Source of the DNA: Oculina patagonica
Taxonomy: Eukaryota
Assembly: GCF_052425735.1 (NCBI RefSeq)
Contig: NC_135766.1
Coordinates: 21,700,001 to 21,764,000 of the forward strand
Direction of reading: 5' to 3'
DNA: 64,000 nt
The notes beneath the pieces are model-generated. The model was not told where the DNA came from. It did not search any database and worked only from the letters and a program-made list of their open reading frames with translations. Below, one piece after another: positions 1 to 12,900 of the stretch (position 1 is its first letter; every line of letters begins with the position of its first letter). The translations under genes were made by a program, and so were the position numbers.

Positions 1-804
1 CAATGACTGTTTCTTTCTAATCTTGTAGTTTCATTTACAATGAGAACATTGTGTGGTTCTGGAAAGTATCCATACCCCCCACAAAAAGGATTTTCCTTAG
101 AACCCCCCCCCCCTCCCTGCCACTCTGAAAATTCCAATTCAGCTTCATAGATTTCCTTAAAGTTTTAGGCCCTTGAGATCTTTCACCTCTAGGAATTTCC
201 AAATCCCTTCTATGGGGGGAGTCGGGAAATCTGGAACCACATGCACATTACTAATTTATCAATCACTTAATGCAGTGCTTCGTCACATTTCCAAACACCT
301 TTTCTCCTTCCCTCCGCCGCGAAAAAAAGAAAGCCTGATCACAGGTTACTAATTTCTTAGACTGCAGTTCCCTTCTCATTTCCTCCCTTGCTCACTTGTA
401 TAAACTTTTCCGGTCATGTGTAGAATTTCCCGACCGCTCTTGGAGTGGCTCCCGACTGCTCTTAGACTACTAATTTCTCTGCTATCTAACACATTTTCAA
501 CTTCCTTCCCAGTGTTGTTAAAATGTGATGTCAGTCTCTGATGTATTACATAATTATAACAAAAGGATTGATTGTACTTGGATTCTGGATTTTCTTTTTT
601 TCAAATCCAGAAATAAAATTTATCAATGCATTAAACCAAGAGATGACAACTGCAAAAAAAATCATGGTCAACCACAAATTATATCAAGGCAGTTAATGTT
701 AACTTGCATATCACGTCACTTTAAAATGATAAAAGGATGTTGGTGGTTTTCTAGTTACTTAAAACAACATGTCTGGAATTTATTTTGTTGACTACTGACT
801 ACTT

Positions 805-844
805 TCCCCTGATGAAGGCTTTAGTTAAAGCCGAAACGTTGGGA
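805..844 (+). ncRNA. Minimal type-I hammerhead ribozyme (Penelope-like element remnant)
   Basis: TCCC CTGATGA A GGCTTT AGTT AAAGCC GAAA CGTT GGGA: complete catalytic core, 4-bp stem I, 6-bp stem II, palindromic AACGTT in place of stem III. Confidence 0.8.
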
Positions 845-920
845 CATTGCGGATATTTTACGAACATTTTTACAACAAATTTTTAACCAGAGTAACATTT
901 TTATTTCTTAATGTACTTAC

Positions 921-3900
921 TGTCAGTTTAATGAAGCGAAGAAATTTTCTCAAAACAATGACAAGAAGAGAAAAATCTCCATCTGGTAAAAGGCCACGGA
1001 TAAAGCACTGGTTTGCCTGAGCCAAGACAAAGATACCGATAATTAATAAGACAGTAATAATTTATTACTAAATATATCTAATAAATAATTCATAATATTA
1101 ATTATAAATATTACCTATAATAACATTTTTTATTAAATTCTCAACCTCGGATATTGCATTTCTAGCTTTCTGATTGGTTTACTGAATCCCGGTTGTCAGC
1201 TCGTATACCTATGTTTGACCTTATATGGGAAATGAGTGCGGCAAGTGCCGCTTATACTAATAAGTGAAATTAAAATTTTCAGGAAGCGACAGTTCCTTCA
1301 AAAAAATGGTTTTAAACAGCAAATTTGGGGAGCTTTATGAACAAGAAATAATTAGCGGTGCCTAGAATAACCACAGAAATGCCATAGTAAATTTAACTAC
1401 GCAAAACAAAAGGATTGATGCGAAAAGTTTAATTAATAATACTTTTAAACGCACAACAAGAGCGAGTGAATAAAGTAGAAAAGCAGCAAATAATTTACGA
1501 AAGAACGGCAAACTGACACAGTTTCATTCAGTGTACGTCATAAAACTAGGCTCAGCACTTCAGTAAAGTTTGTTACCTTTCAATCTTGGTTTTGTACTTT
1601 TACACTTCAATAAACCTGTTCGACTTTGAGCTCAATTTCGCTTCAAATAATATAGCAGTCTTGATGACAGCCGTGGAGCCGTAAAGAAGTACAATGTAAA
1701 CACTTGCTTCGTTCGACTTGCACAAGACTTGCAGTTTTCCAGAAAGCTTTTGCTTCGGATCTTCTTGTAAATCTTAACTGTTGTCACAATTTCCAGGATG
1801 TTTAGATGACTTCAGAGGGGATTGTTCGAGGAAAATCTTGGGAAGAAAGCTCTCTCACTCGCTTTCCTCGTAAGTTTCATTCAACTCAAGAAGTGAACAC
1901 CGCGCCTGAAATTTTCGCGCCTTCTCATTCTATCACTTCGTTTAATCAAAATGAAATGTCCAGTCGATTTAAACTTGAGAAGAATTTAATAAAACAGTTA
2001 TTCCATTCGCCCTTGTTGGATACGAGTCGTTATAGCCAACTTGGCGCTTCGCGCCTCGTTGGCTATTCCGCGCCTCGTTGGAATAATTGTTAAATATTAA
2101 GCTTAAGTAAAGGCAATTGAATTAAATAATTTGCGTGAAGGTTCTTTTCCTTTCGGTGCTGCCCAGTATGAAGCTAAGATTTTCAAGCTCTTGGTGAAAT
2201 TTGTTGGTGATTAACAGATACTGTGGGCCATTTCAAGAGGTGCATCATCTCCACGCATGTTTTTAGTTGGAAAAATTCAAATAAAATACAGTCGAAATGG
2301 TTTGACCTGGATTACGAATGCCCATATCTGTTTTCATGCACCAGACACATTATTTTTCAAACTTTACATTATTACACTTGATACTAACCTCATTCTCCTG
2401 TAGTAAACATCCGAGTAGCAAGGCAACATACGCTGCCACAACACTATCTTCCATGTGTTTTCCAGCCTTTTGTAAAGCTTTGTGAAAAAAAAAAACAGCC
2501 AAATTAACTTTGTTTAAAAGCAATAAAATAAAAATGAATGGTGCCTTTTTTAGGTTGGTTTTTACTAGCGACCAAGTCAGAGTCGGGGTCATAATCAGAA
2601 GGGCAGAGGATTACACATACGATCTAGTGAAAATCAAACCAGTGGACTCATAAGCAGAGTTCCGTTTCCACTCATGACGCCGCGGCTAATGATTTAGTGA
2701 AAACAAGATTGTTGGAGTTGCAAGCAGAAAGAAAGCACTTGAAGTGCCAAAGACTGAAATAGCATTAATTGTAATTGGTTTGTTCTTCAGCTTCTGCAAA
2801 TTTGACAATCTAGTTCTTACTGGATCATAACACAGAGTTATAAGCAAAATCCAATAATCAGATTCTGATTCTTATGACTCCAATTCCCTCAAGTTTACAA
2901 TGTTAACTCTGTTTGATTTTCACTTGGTTGTAACTCCTCTTACGACTCTGCCACTAGTGAAAACCAGTCTTAAGTATTTAAATAAAGGTTATTTAATAAG
3001 TCTCTGCTTTTGTTCATGCTCTCACCTTTTCCAAGTTGTACCTCCAATGGCACTTCCTCTTCTTCTTCTTGTGCATCTGCAGCATTTTTATTTCCTTCAA
3101 CAATGGAAACATCAATATCTTCACCGCAAATCCATCCCATGCCATCCTTTGTTGGTTTTAATGACTCCTGGCTACTTTCCTCTGATTTAGTAAAAAACAA
3201 AAAATTAATAATAATAAATATTACTTACAAAGCTGGATGAGTTGACATAAGCCAGTCCAGATAAAGCTTGCTTGTGACACACATGAAGCCAAATGAAAGT
3301 ACTTTTGACTGGCATGCATGCAATTCAACATTGACCAACTGAAGATATTCTCATTTTAAGTGACCAAAACACATGTAATATGTAAGTTCATAAAAAATAC
3401 TTTCAAGATTCCTAGAACCGGCATCATATGTGGGTTGAGTTTGTTTTTGAATCTCATCCTTGCTCTGGACATGGGTTTCTCTCCAGGTTCTCCTCAGACC
3501 AGTTAAATCCTCCCTCCACAAAAACAAAAGTTCTAAATTCCAATTCAATTGAAGGAATTTGAGGGCCACAGCTTTGTCCGTTGTAGGACTGTCATGTGCA
3601 ACCCTTAGAAAAGAACACCAATTATTTTATTAACTAACAGAGTTACCTTAATATAGGAAATTAAAGATACATGTTATTAACGCGAATTTCAAAAATTCGC
3701 GTTAATTTTATTGATGTTAACTTTTTTACTATAAGGATTTAACCAGAACTTTTCTTAAATTCACGTTAATTTTATTACGCCTACATTTTGTTCGCGTTGT
3801 TAAAATGCTTCGTTATATTCCTATAATAAGGTAGGTCAGTCATGGCAAGGAAATCTTTTGGTTCTGTTTCAGAAAATATTGAATAAACTAGGTGCAGCCA

Positions 3901-6900
3901 TAGCCAAATATTTTCCTTCTGGCCCTCCCAGTCAGCCAATAAATGCATTATAGCGTTATTAACGTCATGTACCTGGGTCATTCCACAGTATTATGGACAA
4001 AAAAAAATTGAAAAATCAAATTTGTTTAACTTACTCAAATTCCAGACAAATTGATAGCATATTAGCTAGAATTTATGAAAATGATAACTATTTTTTGTCG
4101 TCAATTGTTGTTTGTGCATAAATTATCATTTATTACCATTAATAGTGATAATTGCTGTTGCGGAGGGGAAAGTAATATGTTTTACTGGTAAAAAATAGAA
4201 AACAGGAATTTTGCTGAGATGGTATTGGACTCAAACTACTTAAGACAAAGTAACTTTAACATTACCCAAAATTGATATTTCTCTCAGCGTGTCAGCAGGA
4301 GACAACAATCTGTATGCTGCTTTCCCCTCCGCAACATTTTAAGGCCTAAAAGTTTAGTTTGTCAGCTTGTAATTAACAAACTCAACTTCATGTTTTCACA
4401 TCTTCTGATTTTGGGCTAAGGTTAAGTTTTATTACTGTCAAAGAGATTTTATGTTTTAAGCTGTAGTTAAGAGGAATGATTAAATACCGTTGCGGAGGGG
4501 AAATACTGTTGCGGAGGGGAAATTTTGTTGCGGAGGGGAATTCTGTTGTGGAAACAAAATCTTTTTTGAGAGAGATTTAATTAACAACGGTGTTCACATT
4601 GGGAAGAGAAAGGATTTTCTCACCAAAGTTTACAACATTACAGTATCTTACAGGTGCATATGCACAGGTGCATCTTACAGGTGCATATGCACAGCTTACG
4701 TGCATTCAACACGTAAGCTGTATTTTATGGGCCAGTTTAGTTAAGGCAATTGCCCTTTTATGTACAGTTTTGGAATTATCATGAGCAGGAACATACCAGG
4801 CTCACATCTGTTTTTGTTTTCCAGAAGTGTTCAATTATCTATGGGTGTTTGCTGTTTAACATTGACACTGCTTTGTTACATGTATGAATCAGTTGTATTT
4901 TCATACCTGTTTTTTGACTTTACTTAGTAAAATTCATAGAAAGTACATGTTAACCCATAACTGCTAAAAATTGTTTAAAGGCTGAAGATATTTAAGTGTC
5001 ATTGTGAAATTGTAATAATAATTATCAAAATGTTAGGGTTATCACCATCTTTTAACTGCTCATTTATTGTGAATACTGAAAAGGACAAATTTTCCCCTCT
5101 GCAACTTCCCCTCCGCAACAGCAAACAATGTTCTAAATTCTGGATCACTGGAAAAACACTAAACATTTGAGTTTCTTTTTGTAATCTTTCTAATAAACAT
5201 ATAATGAGGAAAATCAAAAACCTATTAGGCACAGAAAAGAATTTCAGAATTCAGAGAATTTTGAGAATGAAATTTAAAAACAAAAAACACCATTTTCTCT
5301 GTTCCCCTCCGCAACAGCCCTTTTTTGAGGCTCTGCGATCTAAATAATGTATTTTCGAAAAAAGCAGGGCGGCAGCAAAGAAAGCTTTCTTGAAGACTTA
5401 AACCCTGAATAAATAATCAGAGAAGATAAATGCCTATTAAACCACAACAATAAAAGTGTCTCCAATCCCCTCCGCAACAGACGGAATACTGTGGAATGAC
5501 CCACCTTCAGTTGATAAACCTGATGTCATCTCATCCGTATTCCTAGCAGCTTGTTCTCTGACAAGAAACAGCTGTACAAGTGCCTCAATGGAACTGAGTT
5601 GACCTTCCTGATCTTCCATTTCTTGACTACTGTCTTGACTCTCATGGCAGGGGGAGGTACGCAGCTGAACCAGGGAGGCAATGTTTTGTTTACTGTCTTC
5701 CACAAGATTAATTAAAAGTTCCAAGCTCTGGAAAAGAAAACAACCAACATTGAACTGCTTACTTCTCCATAATGTTACTGAAATATGGCAATTCAGTTGA
5801 CTCTCTGTTAAGTGGGCACCACTAGCTATAAGGCTCAGTTTCTGGGATGTGTCCATTTACTATACCATAGCCACTTAGGAGATCAGGTATTTGCTTACAG
5901 GAGGTGCTGCTCCCAAGTGTCTGTTTACATGAGATGCTCGCTTACTTGAAGTGTCTTGATAGAGATGTTCATATACAGCAAGTATCAACTAATGGGTGTG
6001 GTCTTCCTACTCAGTGAGATGTCTGACTCTTCCTTCAGTTGACTACTAAAACTAATAATATTCAGCTAGAGCTTTGTTCTTTCCTCATGTCTTAACTGCT
6101 TTGAAACTTAAGGTATTTTTCCATTGAATATTAGCTATGGGCAGTAGCAGTTTTATCAATAAAAAATTCAGACAGAGATAAATCAGGGTTGGAAACGTCT
6201 TTCAACATTAATTCTCAATTTTGGTCACAATGCTTTTACACCAGCCTGTTAGAGAGTGTGTGTTTACTTTGTTATTGCTTCTAGCTGTAGTACACATAAT
6301 TATAATGCAAACTTACCAGAACAAGCAAATCAAACCTCTTGCTCTCTGTGACAAACTGTGGTAACTAAGTGGAAATTGTAGAATTTGTTTTAATTACACT
6401 GGGTTGCAAATGTACATGATATCGAAAATGCAAAAGAACATAATGCATTTTACAAAAGATCCAGAGTTTAAACTTCTGAAGCTGGGTTTTCAAATGCTCC
6501 CCAAAAAATTAAGGGCTGGGGGCATTTTACTGACAAATAATTATGAGGCCTAAACAGCTGAGTAAGTGGGTTACATAATAATTATGGTAATTAATTGTTT
6601 TGTATCAATTTTTTGTAACTTTAAGAGAAATCTTTGTCCATGTTATTTGTACTAACCTAGTAAAATAATAAAGATGGTAAATTTTAAGCTTGGTAATAAA
6701 TAATGAAGATGAAGTGTTCAACATGACTCGAGCATGGGACAAAGAAAAAATCTGAGTCCCAGACGGGAATCGAACCCATGGCCTCCCAGATACCGGTTGG
6801 GTGCTCTAACCAACTGAGCTACGAGAGACTCGTTGTGTGCTGGGCCATTTTACTAGGTTGATAAGTGACACGCGTCCTGCATACTGCTAGGATCAGCAAT

Positions 6901-9900
6901 GTCGAATTCATCAAGTTTGTAGTAAATAATAAAGATGGTAAATTTTAAGCTCGGTAATAAATAATGAAGATGAAGGCCCAGCTCACAACGAGTCTCTCGT
7001 AGCTCAGTTGGTTAGAGCGCCCAACCGGTATCTGGGAGGCCATGGGTTCGATTCCCGTCGGGGACTCAGAATTTTTCTTTGTCCCATGCTTCTGTCACGT
7101 TGTACTAACCTGTAGGACAGTCAGCAGAAGTGACGAGAGAAAACCATCCTGCTGACCAACGCTTGAGCTGCCTGCCTCTGCACAATAAAAACAATTAAAA
7201 AAATGTAAAAAGTGAGGTCTGCATTCGAGCAAAGTGGCTCATCAGGCCGGAGCAAGCTTATCCCCTTTTCTGTAGTAGTATTACAGTCAAAACCATTAAA
7301 GCATGAACGCCTAAAATTATTTCTGGAATGTTTATTGTTTTGCAACCAATCAGATGCGAGACGTAACCATAACAAACCGCAAGAGTAATTGAATTGACAA
7401 TTGAATTGAAAATTAAGAGAGCAGAATTTTACGTCTTTTAGTATTTATTACAAAAACTGCTCAATTCAGCAAGATATCATTCTGGCATACAGTTGAATCC
7501 TGGTAACTCGAACGTTCAAGGGAAATCAAAAAAGGTTCGAGTTAGCAGTAGTTCGAGTTATCGAGGTTAAAATTAGTAACAAATGACCTGGAGGGGAATC
7601 AAAAAAGGTTCCAGTTAGCAGGAGGTTCGAGTTATTGACTTGAGGGTTCCAGTTATCGGTATTCAACTGTAGTTATCCGTTGCTTATGCATAAGCTCTGA
7701 AATAGAAAAAGAATGACAATTTCAGTATTTGTTAATGGTAGAATCAAGGATTTATCGTGGAAAAAAAGCCAACTCGTTGTTTCGTGACTGATCCAAACCT
7801 TTCAGCTAATTACTCTTGTGGTTCTCGCATCTGATTGGTCGCTAATAAACCTTCCAGAAATAATTTTACGTGTTCGTGCTTTTATGGTTTTGCCTGTAAG
7901 AGAGTAGGAGTATTTCTACTCCTCCACTAGATGGGATGCTAGTCCACTGCAGGGTTTTCCTCTGGCATTTAATTCACTGATACCACTTTATACACCTGGA
8001 CAGAAAGAGAGGCACTATGAGAGTAAAGTGTCTCACCCAAGAAGATAATGCAGTAACCCTGGGAGGGGCTCCGACCCTGACCTCTTGATCTGGAGTTCAG
8101 CACGCACTGACCTTTAGGTTACCTTTGCTCCCACACTCACAAATAAATTTACCAGACGACAACTGTACAAAATGATTTCTAGTTAGCAGGCTAGTGGAAA
8201 TGTGCCCATATCAAAACAAATATATTGCAGTAAAAACCCACATGCAAGAACCTAAGAATTAAAGAACCTTCTGACAAAAATTTGCTTTTTAATACCCCAA
8301 AATATAAGAACCTGTTTAGCCAAACAAATTCCAACAGGTTCTTATATGTGGGGTTTAACTATCTAATTTATTTATTTTTTTACCAAAAACCAAAAAGGTG
8401 ATGTTATATACAGTACTGTATCATTGATCAATTAATGTTGTTGGACTTTTGGCAACATGGGAACATTAATAAATATTTATAGTGATAAACAGGCCAGATT
8501 TAATTCTATTTTCTGATAATCAACAACAATGTCTACTCTGTAGAAATTAAGAACCTAATTAAGAACCTACTTAGCCTAAACTGTCAATAACTACCCAATA
8601 ATACAAAACCTTTTTTGAGGGGGGCGTAAGAGTTTGCGGTGATGCGGTTTTGCGTATATTTTTCGTGTGGTTTTGCGGTAATTTTTATTTTAACCTGCGG
8701 TATTGCGGTTTTACAAGACTACGCGGTGTGCGGTAATTACAAATTTTAGGTCGCGGTAGTCGGTGAGAAAACTGTCTGCGGTAATATGATTCTCTTACGT
8801 TTCCACTGGATCCTTTCACATTCGGTTGTTTTGCTTCAGTTAAACAAGCTTGAGCCAAGTGTTTTGTTTTACAGCGTATCAGCTTACACAATCAGGGTTC
8901 GTTATTAAGCAAACTTGCCCTGTGGCTTGTAATTGCAGCCTCTTCCAGTTAATATTTGATGTGTTTAACTGTTTTATCCAATGATACGTTGACTTGATGA
9001 CATTCCAGGCCAGATCTTCGGCTCAGATCCAGTCTTATCTACCGTTGTTGGTCATTTGAAATTGCGGTTTCGGCTTTTTGGTAAAATTTGATGCGGTTTG
9101 CGGTTTTGTAGCGTATTTCTGTGCGGTTTTGTGGTTTTCGGACCCCCCTTACGTCCCCCTCTTTTTTGCCAAGCTCTGAAAAAAGTAGGTTCTTACATGC
9201 TGGATTTTACTGTACCAACAACATGACTTACCAAAGTTGTGAGTCAGATTCAAGAAAACTTTAAGAATGCTAAAGAAACAGTCTTCAAATGCCCTGTCTG
9301 GTTTTTTCTTGGTTTGCTTTGAAGAAATGCCATTGTTGAGTGTGTTCAGACACAACTGCATCAACCTAAAGACAATAATAAAAAGTTAACTCATTGAAGG
9401 GCTACAGCCAAAATGAATCCCGAAAAAAAACTGATCCATATCTTGATACTGTCTTCATTTACCTGACCAGTGAAGTCACAAAGGATCCCTTTTCATATTG
9501 AATCATGTGCTCTTGATTAGCAGAATTTTGGATTGTAACCTGCAAAGTATTTTTATTAATTAAATATTAACATGATATTTTTCTAATTAAGGTCACTGTC
9601 CCGAAATAAAACTGAACATAGATTTTTAACCAAACTTTGCCTACTGGTTTATTACTTTAAGGGAACTTAAATTTTGAAATGAAAAAGGGGGGTCACCAGA
9701 TTCGTTTAGGAGCAGGAAGACCTTGTATATTCCATATATTTCCTTTAAAAGTCCTATGCGAGTACTAGCAAAGTACACAGTTTTAGCGATAATTTATTTT
9801 TCAAACACAAGAAATGAACTGTTTTCATTTTACAGAAAGAATTTAATCACTACACCCAAAATATAAGAAAAAACTGATAGGTCACCAGACTTGTTTATGA

Positions 9901-12900
9901 AAAAGCGACAATTTACTTCTCTCGCGGACTAAGCCACATAGAAAAAAGCCGCCATTTTGTTTATGTGCGCGCGCTAATTACGCGTAAAATTCTGCGCAGT
10001 AAGGATGCGCAATGCAATACAGGGCAATGACCTTATGTACAAAATAAATACTGGAAGTCAAGCACAGCATCACAGCTCCAGGCTTACAAATGACTACAAC
10101 AAGCTCAACAAATGTTCCATGTACTCACGTTCTCCAGTAGTCTCATACATCTTGTCATCTTTTTCAGCTTTGCTGTTGATACACCCTCATGTAATCTGGC
10201 ATCAGCATATCTCGTCAGAAGGTTTTCAATAGTCTGAATTGCTAAGCAAGACATGAAACTTTGCTATTAGAAATGTGCACAACAGAATTCTATTGCTCTC
10301 AAGAATCCAGTAAACTTTTGAAAATGATCCCTGGGGTTAAAATCATTTAATTTACATGTATAACCTAAACTTACCCCATCAGTCAGTCCGTCAGTACATG
10401 CAGTCGGTCAGACAGACAGTCAGTCAGTCACTCAGTCAGTCAATCAAAAGAAATTATTTATTTAGCAAATAAATTGTTTTATGCACCTTATGAACAATGA
10501 ATCTGTTCGGGCTTCCGGTCAGGTGATAGTAATAAGACCTTGCAACATTACCCTTCGTGATATATACACTGTTAGATTCAAACGTCTCGTTTTGTTCTTT
10601 AGTATTATTTTTACATCGTTCACACGCGTGACATTGTGTTACTTTGTTTATCATGTGATTGCTATCAGTTTACATCATTCTAAGTTTATTACACAATCAC
10701 CTCGTGTTTTGATCTTTCTACGATTACGTTCTTTCTATTCACGTTTTTGTCCTGATTTGTCTTCGCTCCGCCGGATCAGAGGAATATTTGTAAGTTTTGT
10801 TCTTTCAGTGTTTTTTCAAATCGTTTATTAGTTTCTTATATTGTTGTAATCTATTGCTTTTCAGTCGCACCATATTCATCGATGATTGTTTCTATTGTCT
10901 GATGCATTCAAATTACCTCTATTCAATAAAGTAAGCGTTAAATGGAACAAGACTCTGAACTGAACGATTTATTGCTTACATACACTGTAAGGCAGAGTTG
11001 GGCTATCTTGAGCCTCTTGGTATCGAAGCATTCAAGACGAAATCAACATTTCCCTCCCACCCTGCTTCCCATAGGACAAGATTTATATACATGTGTTCAG
11101 GTATCCCTTCGCCTTTGCTGGGAACAGTTTCATTAATTTAGAATAAGCTTCATTTGCATTTTGTTACTAAAAATAAACAGCCACCTTGGTGGCCAAAAGA
11201 TGGCAGGTGTCACGTCAAATCTCTTCCCAGCAAACCGAGCTCAACCAAGGCAATGAGTGCAGAATATGATTATTTGCACTGGGTAATGCATAAGGGAGCA
11301 TAAATGTTATTTACTGAGGGTGACACTTAACAGTTATAAAACTAACAAACTTGTGACTCTCTTAAAAATAACTAGGTGCACATTGATTTTGAAAACTATT
11401 TGACTGTGTTAACTGTTGCCTCATAAAGGGACAATCTCCATCCCGACAAAGGATGTGTTACAACATAAATTAATTAATTTCATCAAAGTAAATATAACTT
11501 TTGGTATCAACCTATGTCCATAATATGATCCAGTCCCCGCAGTACTCTTATCTCCTCTTTAAACCACTCTCCAGTCCTCTGGGACGTCAAAGACAGCATT
11601 GACTCACAAACTAGAGATGCCGGCTGTGGTAAAAAAAAAAATAGATCAATGTTAGAATGATCAAAAAAATTCAACAAGAAAAAAACAACAAGAAAAAGCA
11701 ATTAGTCTTTGATAATAGAGTGATGAATGATTTGAACATAGTCTCAGATAAATTAATAAGCGCAAAATGCAGCAAAACTTTGCTCAATTGGTAAGTCTAA
11801 AATTTTTTTGAATTGGAAACAGATTTGAAGTAACTGTAAATATTTATACATTTTTAACTTCAATATTGCTAATTATTACACAAGCAAACATAATATTATG
11901 GCACTTTGAGCAGCAGTGCTCTTGAAATTGATTTTCAATAATCAATCAGTTTAATTAGTTAATTATTACTTTTTTAATTTTTAAATACAACATAATCAAC
12001 AATAATAATATTATTATTGATGTATTAATTAACAAAACTTACATTGATGTCATCATCGCCTGCAGCTAGTAGTTCATCAGATCCATGTTGTTTTTCTAGT
12101 AATGTCCTATTAATCATAATGTATCATATTTATTTTAATAACAGGTACCGGTAAATAATTTTGCATTGAAATAAACTTATTTTGTGCAAATTTTGTTGTG
12201 GTTTAAATATTTGCTGTTGGATTGAAATTTGTTGAACCAGTTTGATTTTTTGATTTTTCCCCTTGATTTCAGGTTATGATATAATTAATTACAAATTTAA
12301 CATAATATGACGCAACCTACTTAATAGGAAAACTAAATCAGAATATACTGCTTTCAACAAACTGTCAGACAAAGGCTAATTTAAACCACAACACATTGTT
12401 TGAGAAGAAAAATAAGCGATAGGAAAGTTGAACGACGTTTCGATGACGCCATGTCATCATTATCAAGTTAAAATTATAATACGGAGTTCATGCTTATATA
12501 GTGATCTAGGGTGTGATAATATATTAGCATATTAAGATTTTAAATAAACAGTTTAGCACACACAGAATCTGATTGCGTGTTAAGTTACGGCTTTATGTTT
12601 CTAATAAAGAGCATTTCGTAAATTAAACAGTCCAACTTCGTGCGGCATTTCTTTAAAACAGAAAACTGGTCTTGTACATTGTAGACTTGCAGCTAGTGGT
12701 CTTCTTTTAAGTGTCGGCCAATCGCAGAATATTTATGTTCAGCGATGCGTTGAAAAAGATGTCGGGATGTGAACCCAACATAATCTGCATCACACAGATT
12801 ACATGCGAATTTGAAGACAACGCAATGCTGATTTATAAGGGGAGGCTTGGCTTCTACCACTTTGATGTCATCCATAATTTTCTTGCTTGTAAACACAGGC

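Larger units (their letters stand above)
7215..8135 (-). mobile_element. SINE interrupted by nested MITEs
   Basis: SINE-like body (GGATGCTAGTCC…TTTATACACCTGG…GAGTAAAGTGTCTCACCCAA) shared with ~60135-60320, split by the insert at 7284-7896. Confidence 0.6.

Noticed and set aside
4488-4700. CRISPR-like or regulatory short repeats (TGTTGCGGAGGGGA; TCTTACAGGTGCATATGCACAG)
   Set aside because: No unique spacers or cas genes; these are internal repeats of the 3975-5502 transposon.
6990-7068. tRNA gene (apparent GGT anticodon), also at ~6753-6831 and ~63738-63816
   Set aside because: The acceptor and anticodon stems are irregular, and all three copies sit in identical repeat flanks, one with a TSD. 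Treated as part of a retroposon.
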